The notes: generated by a model not told the origin, from the sequence alone. A stretch of 64,000 bases of DNA from Octopus vulgaris (GCA_951406725.2 OX597838.1:9052001-9116000), one strand, 5' to 3'. Positions 49,846 through 62,900 are shown, counted from the stretch's first letter. Numbers and translations: made by a program.

Positions 49846-51040
49846 AATGTGTTGCAGCTACTGTTTATAACTCGCTCTAAAATTTACTATTGATGTAATG
49901 TTAATTAATTTAAGGGAGAGAACTTTGCCCATCATGAGATCTCGCCAGACATTTCGGGTATATGCAAGTTCTCCCATTGGATGAAGCCATAGCATCACTC
50001 CATTCCAACTTTCTCACAGTGTTTTCCTGCTAAGGGGATCCAGGGTAGTTTGCTTTTGCCTTCCCCAAATGCACAGGTTTCAAAGATGCTTAGCCTTGTT
50101 CTGACAGAAGCCTAGTTCTTGTATCTGTGTATGGAACAGTTTCTGGTCAGTCTCTGCTGGTAAATTCTAGTGTTAACAGCAAGTGTGTGCATGTGTGTCT
50201 AAGTCATTCCTGGGTAATGTTAGGTTCCAAACCCCAGGATGAAGTGCAAACTGGATTTGCAGTGGCGATGCCAAGATTAAAGACAGACTCCCAGATCAGA
50301 GAATTGTGAAGAGAGAATAAAATGGAAGGGTGAAAGTTGTGTGGTGAAGTTTCAAAAGGGTCTCTGCAAACGTTTTGAAAAATTTGCAAGGATCAAATCT
50401 GTTCTAAAACAGAAATACCAAGCCATAGAGTGCAATATATTTCTTTACTGCCCACAAGGGGCTAAACAAGGACAGACAAAGGGATTAAGTCGATTACATC
50501 GACCCCAGTGCGGAACTGGTACTTTATTTATCGACCCCGAAAGGATGAAAAGCAAAGTCGACCTCGGCGGAATTTGAACTCAGAACGCAACGACAGACAA
50601 AATACCGCTAAGCATTTCGCCCGGCGCGCTAACGTTTCTGCCAGCTCGCCGCCTTATATAGAGTGCAATATGCCATAAGAAGTTCATTTCTCAGACTATT
50701 TTTCTTGAAAACCTGGATACAATAACAAACATTTTCATTGGAATATTTTCTATAATGGAAAAGTATTCACAGAAAAGTGTTACCAAGGCAAGTGGAGCCC
50801 AACATGCTTGCTGCTTGACTTTTAAAAGGGCAAAAGGTACAGTAGAAAATGAAACCAAGCAACCTTTAAAATGGTGGACAACCTCTAAAATGAAAAACAG
50901 ACGACTCCAGATATTGTCATATATCTTCATTGAACTGATTGGTAAGACAAAAAAATAATTGATCTGCAAATTGGTGACCTAGCAACTAGATTCTTTTATA
51001 TAAAAAAAAAAGAACATTTCATAAAGCTCATTATAAGCTA

Positions 51041-51428
51041 CTAGCAGTATCGCCCGGCGTTGCTCGAGTTTGTAAGGGAAATAACTATATAAGCATTTTT
51101 AGAGAGTTATAGCCAAAAAAATGCATTAAAAATGGAAAAAAAATTATTGTAAATTTTTTTTTAAATCGTTGACTCATCGTAGACATTTTTAGAGAGTTAC
51201 TTCCCTTATATAATAGCGAAAAAATGCATTAAAATGGAAAAAAATGATGGTAAATTATTTTTAAAATCGTAGACTCATCGTAGATGCGTGCTAATACTCA
51301 GAAGGGCTCGATATGAATCACGACTATAAGATACCCGCTTTTCGTTACACTGCACCGCAAAATGTGGGAGTAGTTAGGAATCTAAATCGTAGGAGACAGA
51401 CACACAACTTGACTTTTATATATGAAGA
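51041..51428 (-). mobile_element. Non-autonomous Helitron
   Basis: Minus strand A|TCTTCATATATAAAAG ... CGAGCAACGCCGGGCGATACTGCTAG|T. Confidence 0.8.
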
Positions 51429-51436
51429 TATGTTAC

Positions 51437-51550
51437 CTGTCTTCGAGCCTTTTCTTCTCTAGCGTGAGTTTTCATCTGTTGAATTTCCATAGAATCTGTT
51501 CTTCGTCTCCTCATGTATAATTCACGGTTCCCAACACAGAGTTCAAGAAT
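51437..51550 (-). CDS. NF2: Merlin exon (human exon 10)
   Basis: CTTCAG / GTAACA, 114 bp. [38 protein letters not shown]. Confidence 0.95.
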
Positions 51551-51564
51551 CTGAAGAGCAAATA

Positions 51565-51805
51565 AAATAATAATGAAATTATTGTATACAGTGCTCGGGT
51601 GCACCACAACTTGTCAAAAAGTGCATATAAAGTATATGAAGTAATGTACAAATGTCTGGAAAGCGAACAATGTATGAGTCAGATACATGCTTGTGTGTGT
51701 ATGGAGGGGAGAAAATCAAGTGTAGTGTTGGCGAATCTCAGGAAGCATGGAAGTTTTGAAGGATGCAGTGCTCCGACAACTAACAACTGATGCTGGCAGT
51801 TTGTT
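51565..51805 (-). mobile_element. CR1-like LINE 3' end
   Basis: Near-identical to the 52390 copy. Confidence 0.88.
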
Positions 51806-51996
51806 AATGAGTTAATATAGGGATTTCTTCATTTTTTTAAAATATATATATATGTAAGGCTAATTTTATAATTGGGAAGTAATTGTAACTGATTAGAGGG
51901 ACCCCCAATAATTTCTTTATCGATGCTATCTCTAACTCTCTGTTGCATTCCTTTCACACTCTTGCAACAAACCAACTCACCCTTTTTTGCTCATTT

Positions 51997-52029
<33 letters not shown>

Positions 52030-52389
52030 TTTATTCACTTTGTTCCTGATATGTTAACTTGTCAGTTACTTGGTGACCTCACTAGTGCTGGTGCCATGAA
52101 AAAAAAGCACCCAATTTTCTCTGTAAAGCGGTTGGTGTTAGAAAAGCCATCCAGCTGTAGAAACAACGCCAAAGCTGGATGCCCTTGCTAATGCCAACCA
52201 CTTTACAGAGTGTACAGGGTGCTTTTAATGTGGTGCCAGTGTTGGTGCTTTATACATAATGCCTGTTTTAAAGTGATTTAAATATAAAAAACAAAAACCT
52301 TCCATTAAAATTTCATGTTAGGTTCCAAACCCCAGTTTAATAATAGAGTTCTTTTACTAAATTCTTCATCATTCTCGAAATTAATTAAT

Positions 52390-52810
52390 TAATAATAATA
52401 ATAATGAAATTATTGTATACAGTGCCCAGGTGCACCACAACTTGTCAGAAAGTGCGTATAAAGTACATGCAGTAATGTACAAATGTCTGGAAAGCGAACA
52501 ATGTATGAGTCAGATACATGCTTGCGTGTGTATGGAGGGGAGAAAATCAGGTGTAGTGTTGGCGAATCTCAGAAAGCATGGAAGTTTTGAAGGATGCAGT
52601 GCTCCGACAACTAACAACTGATGCGGGCAGTTTGTTCCATGCTTCAGCAACTCTTAGCGTGAAAAAATGTTTCCGAAAGTCATGGGAGCTGTGCTGTTTT
52701 CTGACTTTGTAAATATGTCCACGGGTGTTAGATGGGTGGAGTTCAAAAAGGTGCTCAGAGTTATTGTTTGTAAGATGGTTGATAATTTTATGGGTGTCTG
52801 CCAAGTCAGT
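52390..52810 (-). mobile_element. CR1-like LINE 3' end with ORF2 C-terminus
   Basis: SNTRGHIYKVRKQHSSHDFRKHFFTLRVAEAWNKLPASVV...SFK matches the CR1 C-terminal motif TRGH..R..FF..RV...WN.LP; (ATT)n tail. Confidence 0.92.
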
Positions 52811-53131
52811 GTATTTCTTTGGAAATAGGGTAACACAAAGGTCCAACACCCAACTGTTCTTATATTGCATTCCTGCTCCTTTTTCCGCTGAACATTTCAT
52901 GAGTTCAAAAGACCTGGCTGAGACTGTTCCTGGTTCTTTGATGCTCAATTCCTCTTTTAAAATGATTTAAACTGAGAACTTTCATTAAAAGTTTCATGTT
53001 GTATTCCAAACACCAGCTTAATAATGATAAAGTTATCTTACTAAATTCTTTACTATTTTCAAAAGTAAAACAAAAGCAATGAACATTCACAGAAATATTG
53101 CAACAAAACGGTTAAATAAGACAAAACTAAC

Positions 53132-53206
53132 CAGTTTGTTGATTCGAACTTTTGGAGCATTGAATACAAAGTCAGGGGATTTCTTATCCATGGGTTTGAT
53201 GGTAAA
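53132..53206 (-). CDS. NF2: Merlin exon (human exon 9)
   Basis: ATCCAG / GTTAGT, 75 bp. FTIKPMDKKSPDFVFNAPKVRINKL. Confidence 0.95.
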
Positions 53207-54849
53207 CTGGATAAAAAAAAAAAATGAAAAAGACAAAATTTTAAAATGTTTCCAACCTGTAAGAATTCCTGAAATCAATCAAAGGTTAAAGAGAGTTTTT
53301 CTCTCCAAATTCATCAAATCTTCCCTTTATTTCCCCAGTCCTTCAAACTAAGAGGTTTTGTCTACAAGATTCCTCTTCACTACCAATATATTATGGGAGT
53401 TAAAAAGATATTTAAACTGTCCTATGTTACTATTTTCTGTTGGTCAAGGTCATCAAGAATGGTGACTTGACATCATCGTCATCTCAATCCATGTTCCGTG
53501 CTGGTATGAATTGAATGCTTTGACAGGATTCAAGGACTCTAAGGTCTGTGTCCTGCACCAATAACTGCTTTGGCATGGTTTCGACAGATTCCCTTCCTAA
53601 TGCCAACCACTCCACAGAGTGTATTGGGTGATTTCCTTCATACTTATTTCTTTATTGCCCACAAGGGGCTAAACATAGAGGACAAACAAGGACAGACATA
53701 TGTATTAAGTCGATTACATCAACCCCAGTGCGTAACTGGTACTTAATTTATCGACCCCGAAAGGATGAAAGGCAAAGTCGACCTCGGCAGAATTTGAACT
53801 CACAACGTAACGGCAGACAAAATACTGCTAAGCATCTCGTCCGGTGTGCTAACGATTCTGCCAGCTCGCCGCCTTAATTTCTTTCATACCACTAGCACTA
53901 ATGAGGCTGTGATGCAGTCATGGAACTACAAGCCCTGAGGGAGGTGTAGGTCAGATTTTTGCTAGGGGATGAGGTGATGGAGTATGAGAGAAGAATGGAG
54001 TAGAGGTAGGGGTGAGAGCTCCACCTCTAACAACTTCAAAATTCTGGGTTGATACCCTAGTATCTTGCATAGCTTGTTCTTGGCCCATCTTGAGAAAAGG
54101 GAAAGCAACCGTACCCTTAGTTGAATGGTTCCTCTTTGGAAGGGGCCTAGGATGTCTGTATCTGCAGTAGCAGAAGCACTGTGCTTTGTGCTCCTTGTCT
54201 GAGCCTTGAAGAATTTCAGCAACTGTTTGGGACCAAGATTTAAATATTAGTTGACCTGAAGCTATTGTCAAAATATTTGCCCAAATTGCCATCCATTGAG
54301 ACTGAACCTGGAACCACTTGGTTGGGAAGCAAACAACTTAACCACACAGCCATATATGTATCTATTACACATTCTTACCAATCCTTCCTCAACAAAACAC
54401 CCTTCCCCTGGAACTCACCATCATTCATTTATTCCTTCCAAACCCTACATTAATTATCAGCCACAATAAATCCAGTTTAATTATGCACCAACAACTCTAA
54501 AATAAATAAATGGCAAATTCTTCACATCAAAAGAATAAAAAAAAAATTTGAAAATGGAAATTTCTAAACAACTTTTTAGAAAAATAATTATAAATGATTA
54601 AAAATAATAAATTTTCTGGCATACAAGATGATATAATATGTTGTGTAAACACCCAAACAGTGTCACTATCTTTCCAAATTCTGCTGCATTTCCCATGGAA
54701 TTATTGGCCCTCCAAACTGGTCTTGGTGTACAAATTGACCAAGGTTTTTTTTAGCTGTAAAATTTTGATCTGAAAAACTCAACTCAAAAGCTGGAAAAAA
54801 AATGCTAAACAAGAAGAGAAATTCATTTGACCATGTCTGATCACTGTAC

Positions 54850-54984
54850 CTTTTTATCTTTAAAGGAAACTGTCTTAATCTCACACCAGGGAAACGATAT
54901 TTTAGCTTCAAGGCGGTTATCTCTTTCATAAATATTTAAACCATGAGCATCAACTCCTAACCAAAGGTCAGTTTGGCGTTTATT
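54850..54984 (-). CDS. NF2: Merlin exon (human exon 8), FERM F3
   Basis: TTCCAG / GTACAG, 135 bp. [45 protein letters not shown]. Confidence 0.95.
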
Positions 54985-56544
54985 CTGGAAACAGATGGAA
55001 ATACATAAATTATTTATTGGGTAACTTTCACTTTATATGTAGAAAAAATAAATTGCAACTGGTTGTTAAACAATGCCTTAATATATTGTATACAATTCTA
55101 ACCTATGTAAGCATGGATAAACAGATGCAAAACAACTGCTCACACTTTCATACCCATATATTTATGCAAATATATACATATATTACATGAAAGGGGGGAA
55201 GAGTGGGGATGGATGTTGCTTGAGTAGAGGAGGGACAAGACAAGCCAGGATAGATCACTAGCCACTACACATTCTTTATTTTCTTTCTGTGTTCCTTTCT
55301 GTAGAAGAGCATACACTCGAAACGTTAAAGACTTCTTCACTTCCCAAGCGTTAAACTAATACATCTGTTTGTTTGTACTCCACCTGTCTTTGTCTTTTGT
55401 TTTTTTGTGAATTCTCCCTATATATATAAGCCACATCCCTTCATATATACGCATATATAAAATCATCATCAACATTTTAATGTCCAACTTCAAGCTCAAC
55501 GACATGAGACATCGCATGAAAGTTGTAAATAAGTATCACTGTTATATATGCAGTGTTGTTTATTTCTAATATTCTGTGAGAACACATCTGGCCATGAGAA
55601 ATATTACCTTGCTTGGAAGCAGGTAATGGTTGACCACAGGACGGGCATCTGGCCGCAGAAAATCTGACTCAATAAACTCTGTCTGACCCAGATAAGTATG
55701 AGAAAGTGGACATTAAAAGATGATGGTTGTTGTGAATAAAAAGTATCTTTGATAAAAGTAAGCTAATCCCAAATATGAGTTATGGATTGCTTCCAAACCT
55801 GCAACAAGTTCTGTCTATGCTGTTAGTCTGTTCATGCGGACGTGACACACACTGTTTAATATCGTTTCAGACAAAAACACAAAAAGGAGAATCTTACCAA
55901 AAGAACTTTTTTCCAAGAGAATCTTAGCAAAGGATCTTTCTTCCAAGAGAATCTTAGCAAAGGATCTTTCTTCCAAGAGAATGCAGCTGAAGGAAGACTG
56001 ACTTTTGCAGATCTTCATTCAATCATCATCATTGTTTAACGTCCGCTTTCCATGCTAGCATGGGTTGGACGATTTTGACTGAGGGCTGGCGAACCAGATG
56101 GCTACACCAGGCTCCAATCTTGATTTGGCAGAGTTTCTACAGCTGGATGCCCTTCCTAACGCCAACCACTCTGAGAGTGTAGTGAGTGCTTTTTATGTGC
56201 CACCAGCACAGGTGCCAGTAAGGCGATGTTGGGAATGATCATGCTTGAATGGCATGGAGTTGGCTGCTCTGGCAACGATCACGCTCATATGGTGCTCTTG
56301 GCACCCTACTTGCACGGGCACAAGTGCCAGTAAGGTGACGCTGGTAACGATCATGCTCGAATGGTGCCCTTTTAAGTACCACTGGCACGGAAGCCGGTTA
56401 GCCGCTCTGTCAATGATCATTGCTCGTGTGGTGCTCTTTGCACCCTGCTAGCACGGACGCCAGTCATCGAATTGATTTTGATTTTGATTGAGTCAATAAA
56501 AAGTAGAAAGTAACAAAGAAAGAACTAAACAAAACAAGTTATAC

Positions 56545-56620
56545 CTTGATCTGAAAATAGTTTACTCCATACATCTGGAAATCTTGAACAATCTTTAAAT
56601 ATTCCATCTCAGCTTCATCC
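56545..56620 (-). CDS. NF2: Merlin exon (human exon 7)
   Basis: TGTTAG / GTATAA, 76 bp, phase 2/0. (R)[25 protein letters not shown]. Confidence 0.95.
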
Positions 56621-56842
56621 CTAACAAAAAAAAATACAAAAGTAAAAAAATATATATAAGGGTGTGTGAGTGTGTTTCATTTATATATATATCATTGTTA
56701 TCATCATCATCATCAACATTTTAATGTCCCTTTTCCATGTTCACATGAGTGGGACACAATTTGTTGGGGTGTATTATCTATGGCTGGATACCTTTCCTGT
56801 CACCAACCCACACCTGTTTGCCAGGAAGGTAATACTTTCTCA

Positions 56843-57189
56843 TTTCTTTACTACCCACAAGGGGCTAAACATAGAGGGGATAAACAAGGACAGACAAAGG
56901 GATTAAGTCAATTACATCGACCCCAGTGCATAACTGGTACTTAATTTATCGACCCCGAAAGGATGAAAGGCAAAGTAGACCTCGGCGGAATTTGAACTCA
57001 GAACGTAGCGGCAGACGAAATACCACTAAGCATTTCGCCCGGCTTGCTAGCGACTTTGCCTTTCATCCTTTCGGGGTCGATAAATTAAGTACCAGTTTCG
57101 CACTGGGGTCAATGTAATCGACTTAATCCATTTGTCTGTCTTTGTTTGTCCCGTCTGTGTTTAGCCCCTTGTGGGTAGTAAAGAAATAG
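56843..57189. mobile_element. SINE family A fold-back (minus copy fused to an inverted partial copy)
   Basis: 56843-56980 is the reverse complement of 57051-57188. Confidence 0.88.
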
Positions 57190-57804
57190 AAATAGATATT
57201 TCAGGGAGTAGATTGTGATTATGCTGATAGAAATTTAGAAAAATATCAATGTATATATATACATATGACAAATATACAAATAAGAAATTTGTTTAATTTT
57301 ATTTTAACCGCTTGGTACTTAAACGAACCATATCTGCCCGAAATATTTTACCTGTTTTGTGTTCAAACCATCCACATCTGAACTTTCACACCTACCCTAC
57401 AATGTCATTCTAAAAATAAGCAATCACATCACAGAAATCTCGAAGCTACAATGTGAATAAATAAGCATTACACTTAACAGAGTAATCTAAACAGTTAAGG
57501 TAATAAGAATTTTCCTCTGAAATCTAGGAAACTGTATGGAAGCCTGTTTATGTATGTGCATTTTGCTGCCAGTGTTTGTGCGAGTGTATACACATAAGTC
57601 TATGTTTATGTTCACGCTGGCCTACAATCTGGTATTAACTGAGAGATTCAACAAAAAGAGATCAATAAAATAAGTACTAGACTGAGAAATAACCAACGGG
57701 GGTTGACACAACCGACTAAACCTTTGCAGACGGTGCCCCAAAACAGCCTCGGATTCAATGACTAAAACCAGAAAGAGAGGATACAAAAAAATGTCTACGT
57801 GTAC

Positions 57805-57956
57805 CTTGGCAATCCTCTATGATCAGCATACCATACTTTAATTCTCTCGGCCCACATTTCAGGAGTCATCTGATATTGGTCGATAACCCTCTGAGGGAGC
57901 AGATCTTCACTGGATAACATCCCAGGTTTATAGTTCCCTTCGTCATAATCTCCTAA
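57805..57956 (-). CDS. NF2: Merlin exon (human exons 5+6 fused) containing the Blue box
   Basis: TTCCAG / GTACAC, 152 bp, phase 0/2. [50 protein letters not shown](R). YQMTPEM is the merlin-specific Blue box, absent from ERMs. Confidence 0.96.
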
Positions 57957-60368
57957 CTGGAAAAGGAAATTGTAAAAAAAAAAATGAAATTCAGTTATTT
58001 CAATTAAGTACGGACATGGATGTGTTCTTGAGAAGTTAGCTTTCTCACCCTCATGGTTCTAGGTTCAATCCCCTTGGGCAAGAGTCCTACTACAGCAGGG
58101 GGTCCTCAACCATTTGTTTTTACCTATGGACCCCTTTGATTCCTATTTTAATCGATTGGACTACAAGAGTAATTCTATGTCTAAAAGAAATCATATTCAT
58201 CACCATCATTTGATGTCCATTGTCCATACTGGCACAGGTTGGACAGTTTGACCAGGGCTGGTAAGCCAAGGGGCTGCACCAAACTCCAGTCTGATTTGGC
58301 ATAGCTTCTACAGCTGGATGCTCTTCCTAATTCCAAACATTGAAAGAGTGTAATGGGTGCTTTTACGTGCTACCGGCATGGGTGCCAGTTGTGTGACACC
58401 AGTATCTTATTTCTTTATTGCTCACAAGGGGCTAAACATAGAAGGGACAAACAAAGGGATTAAGTCGATTACATCGACCCCAGTGTGTAATTGGTTCTTA
58501 ATTCATCGACCCCGAAAGGATGAAAGGTAAAGTCGACCTCGGCAGAATTTGAACTCACAATGTAACCGCAGACGAAATACTGCTAAGCATTTTGCCCGGT
58601 GTGCTACCGTTTCTGCCAGCTCTCCAGTATCTGCCACGACTACAATCTCACTTGGCTTGACGGGTCTTCCACTCAAGCACGGTAGATTGCTGAGGGGTCT
58701 TGGTTGTTTGCTGTTGCCTCCATGAGGCTCAATGTTCGAAAGGTGCTTTTTATGGGCCACCAATATTGTTAGGAACTGCATCATAAAATTGTTTTAATAT
58801 TTTGTGTATTTTAAAAGTGTAAGCAATTTCATCATCATCGTCGTCGTTTAATATCTGCTTTCCATACTGACATGGGTTGGACGGTCTGACTAGCCAGAAG
58901 CCTGCACCAGGCTCCAATCTGATCTGTCAAAGTTTCTACAGCTGGATGCTCTTCCTAACGCCAACCACTCCGAGAGTGTAGTGGGTGCTTTTACATGTTA
59001 CTGGTACGAGGGCCAGTCAGGCAGTTCTGGCAACGACCACGCTCAAAAGGTGTTTTTTTACGTGCTACCTGCATGGGGGCCAGTCCGGCAGCACTGGCAA
59101 TGACCACGCTCGTATGTTGCTTTTCACATGTCACTGGCACCTGTGCCAGCAAGGCGCCGCTGGCAACGATTGTGTAAGCAATTTATTTGCACATAATTTT
59201 TACTACCAACAAAATCTTAAATGGACCCCTACTGAGAACCCCTGTGTAATGGCAATGGACTGACAAAGCCTCATAAGTAGATTTAGTAGACAAAAACTGA
59301 AAGAAATACATTGTATGCATGCATGTGTGTGTGTATATATATATATATAATACACACACACACACATACATACACACACACACAAAGAACCATGGCCCAG
59401 TGGTTAGGGTATTACACTGATGATTGCAAGATTGTGGTTTCAATTCCCAGACTGGGCTGTGTGTTGTGTTCTTGAGCAAGACACTTCATTTCATGTTGCT
59501 CCAGTTCACTCAGCTGTAAATGGGGCCACCCCTGTAAGGGACTGGTGTCCCATTCAGTGGGGAATGTTGGCCGGTCTGCCTGCCTGGCCAGGGGAGTGGC
59601 ATCATCTGAAAGTTACAACAATGAAAGGAATTGCGTTGTATATAACAACATCTGAGAGTCTGGTGGTCACCACTGTGATGGGTGTGTGTGTGTGTGTGTG
59701 TGTCATTATCATCATTTAATGCCCTGCTTCCAAGCCTGGCATGGGTTGGATAGTTTGACAGGAGCTGGCAAATCAGAATGGTGTAGCGGATGCTTCTTTT
59801 TCTTGGCACCATCACTGGTGAGATTACCATTTAGCCTGCAAGACTAAGATCCTCTTTGAGCTGGTGGAGCTACAGCAGAGTGGGAAGTGGCTTATGCTCA
59901 GAGACGAGGTGCGGGTGGATCAAATTAGGCAAGAAAGGGCCAGAGCAGAACAAGCTTGTTGCTGTAGAGGAGATGCATGGCTATTCACATTTCAGGGAAA
60001 AGCAGACATTAAAACAAGGGTCATCATCATCATCATCGTTTAATGTCTGCTTTCCATGCTAGCATGGGTTGGACGAATGACTGAGGGCTGGTGAACCAGA
60101 TGGCTGCACCAGGCTTCAATCTTGGTCTGGCAGAGTTTCTGCAGCTGGATGCTCTTCCTAACGCCAACCACTCCGAGAGTGTAGTGGGTGCTTTTTACGT
60201 GCCACCGGCTGGGGGGGGGGGGGGCAGTCAGGCGGTACTGGCAACGACCTCGCTCGAATCTTTTACACATGCCACCGGCACAGGTGCTAGTAAGGCAATG
60301 CTGGTAACGGTAGTTTAAAAGACAATCTGGTGGTTCCAGTTGCCGAAACAATGAGGAATAATACTGAC

Positions 60369-60575
60369 CTTGGCTTGGACTGCGTATGAAGCAAGAAGAA
60401 CCGAAGCTTCAGGTGGGCAGTAAATATCCATGTTAAGGATTGACTGTTTGACTTGGAGGAAAAATAAATGTTGGGTGATTTCTTGGATAAGTTCTTCAGA
60501 GACATCTTCAGGAAAGAGTTTGGCAAGAAACAGAAATGGAATTGGGTTTTCTTTGGGTACATCCTGATTTAAAAC
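60369..60575 (-). CDS. NF2: Merlin exon (human exons 3+4 fused), FERM F1/F2
   Basis: TTTAG / GTCAGT, 207 bp. [69 protein letters not shown]. Confidence 0.96.
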
Positions 60576-61789
60576 CTAAATTTAAAAATAATACAAAACA
60601 AGAAATGTAAATTATGGAAGAACATGTAAAGCAATGTCTGAATATCTTAACCCTTTTATTACCTATTTCTTTACTACCCACAAGGGGCTAAACACAGAGA
60701 GGACAAACAAGGACAGAAAAACGGATCAAGTCAACTACATTGACCCCAGTGCGTAACTGGTACTTAATTTATCCACCCTGAAAGGATGAAAGGCAAAGTC
60801 GACCTCGGCGGAATTTGAACTCAGAATGTAACAGCAGACGAAATACGGCTAAGCATTTCGCCCAGCGTGCTAACGATTCTGCCAGCTCGACGCCTTAATT
60901 ACCTTTTATTACCATTTCTCTTGAAATGCACTGCCTTTGTTTTAATTAATTATGAAAATAATGAAGGGTTTATTGAAATAATTTAAATATGCGTCTGGAA
61001 CTTATGTTAACAAGAAATTTGACAGTTTAAAACAGGGAATTTGTATCATAGAAATAGGGGCAGAATCTGACAGGTTTTCTCAAAAGGGTTAACACCAGCA
61101 ATGCATATGTGTTTAAGTCATATGTATGTGTATATATGTCTGTGTGTGTGTGTGTGAACATCATTGATGTCATGTACTTAATATATGTGTGTTTTTAAAT
61201 GCTTTTAGGCTGCAGTATTTCATCCTGGGAAGGTCCCTTTAAATACATTTTGCATTAAAAAACAAACAGTATGCTTCAAAGCCATCAACATCATTATTTT
61301 AAGGTCCACTTTTCCATGCCTGCATGGGTCAAACAAAATTCATTGAAGTACATATTCTATGGCTGGATGCTTGACCTGTAGCCAACCTTCAACTATTTCC
61401 AAGCAAGGTAATATTTCCCCATGGTCGGACATACTTTCGGATGATTTTGGTAAAAGTTTCTACATCTTCATGCCGTAGCTCTATGTGATATCCTTTCTAG
61501 ATTCTCTTCCAGTAAACTAACTGCTAAAAATAGACTGACGTAATCAGAGATATGTCATAGAAGCAAAATCTGAATTTATTATCAAAGAAACAAGCTGGCA
61601 GAATTGTTGAAATGCCAGATAAAATGCTAGGTGCCATTCCCTACAGTTTTATGTTTTGAGTCCAAATGTTGACTTGGCCCTTCATCTTTTTGCAGTTGAT
61701 TAAAATAAGGACCAGCTGAGCACTAGGGTTTGATGTAACTGATGAACCCTTCCCCACATTTCTGTGTCTATACTGGCCTGTAATTAGAA

Positions 61790-62270
61790 CAGCGTTTTTC
61801 AACTGGGGTTCCCTGGAACACTAGGGTTCTGCAAAAGGTTCCTAGGGGTTCTGCGAGAAAGAGTGAGATAAGCTAATGCAAATTTCATGATCGTAGTATA
61901 TATATATATATATATATTGCCATGATAGATCACTAGCCACTACACATTCTTTATTTTCTCGCCTTGTTTCTTTCTGTAGAAGAGCGTAGGCTCGAAATGT
62001 TAAAAACTTTTTCACTTACTAAGTGTTATACTAATGCATCTGTTTGTTGTCTACACCACCTGTCTTCGTCTTTTGTTTTTTCGTGAATTCTCCCTATATA
62101 ATATATATAGGTATACCCCCCCCTATATATATATGTGACATTTACCATGTGAACTATGGTGAAAAAAATATGAGAAAGATATGGTTCATAATATCTTTGT
62201 GCAGGGGTTCCTTGAGACATGTAATTTTATTTTAAGGGTTACGCAAAGATAAAAAGGTTGAGAAACACTG
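61790..62270. mobile_element. hAT-Charlie-type MITE with a nested Penelope-like repeat
   Basis: TIR CAGCGTTTTTCAAC / GTTGAGAAACACTG; perfect 8-bp TSD AATTAGAA. Confidence 0.88.
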
Positions 62271-62325
62271 AATTAGAACAAATAAACTATTTGTGAATAA
62301 TTAAAAATATAAAAATATTTATTAC

Positions 62326-62454
62326 CCTTTTATCGAACTTTAGCCAGGCAACATATCCTTTGGAATCGACAAACTGTAATCCAAAGTACCAAGACTCCCG
62401 AAGACCAATCGTTCGACACACCATTTCAAAAAGTTCTTTCCCTGTGGTTCGTGA
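62326..62454 (-). CDS. NF2: Merlin/NF2 coding exon (equivalent to human exon 2), FERM F1; gene is 5'-partial
   Basis: TTGCAG acceptor and GTAATA donor, 129 bp, phase 0/0. Encodes [43 protein letters not shown], matching the ERM/merlin F1 motif GKxLFxxVCRTxGLRExWxFGLQ. Confidence 0.96.
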
Positions 62455-62544
62455 CTGCAAAACAAAGAAGGCAACAATGCAACATTTTGATAAAAATACG
62501 AGAAATGTAAAAACTGCACCACAAACAAAGCAACAACAACAACG

Positions 62545-62900
62545 TGGAGGCACAATGGCCCAGTGGTTAGGGCAGTGGACTCGCGGTCGGAGGATCACAG
62601 TTTCGATTACCAGACCGGGCGTTGCGTCTGTTTATTGAGCGAAAACATCTAAAGCTCCACGAGGCTCTGGCAGGGGGTGGTAGCGACCCCTATTGTACTC
62701 TTTCGCCCCAACTTTCTCTTACTATTTCTTCCTGTTTCTTGTCCCCGACTTCCTACGCAACCGCTGAGCCTGGATGCGCATTCATCCATCAGTCGATGCT
62801 CTTCGGTGTCGGGGGTTGACCAGCTTTCTCTTCTGCGGGTCTTACGAATAGCAAAGGACCACGTTTCGGACTTCTCTCACTACAGAAGACCGCTTCGCTC
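62545..62900 (+). mobile_element. SINE with family-C head but a different 3' half
   Basis: The first ~195 bp match family C; the sequence after ...CTTCCTGTTTCT is unrelated. Confidence 0.8.

Noticed and set aside
51500-51530. H>R (CGT) and K>R changes as genomically fixed A-to-I edits
   Set aside because: Most other divergent FERM residues cannot arise from A-to-G changes, so there is no real pattern.
55885-55982. 30-bp triple tandem repeat encoding ILLEERSFAK
   Set aside because: Local intronic duplication with no splice signals.
28009-62454. Moesin/radixin/ezrin identity for the FERM gene
   Set aside because: The Blue box YQMTPEM, EYMEKSKHL and ARVAFFEEL are merlin-specific.
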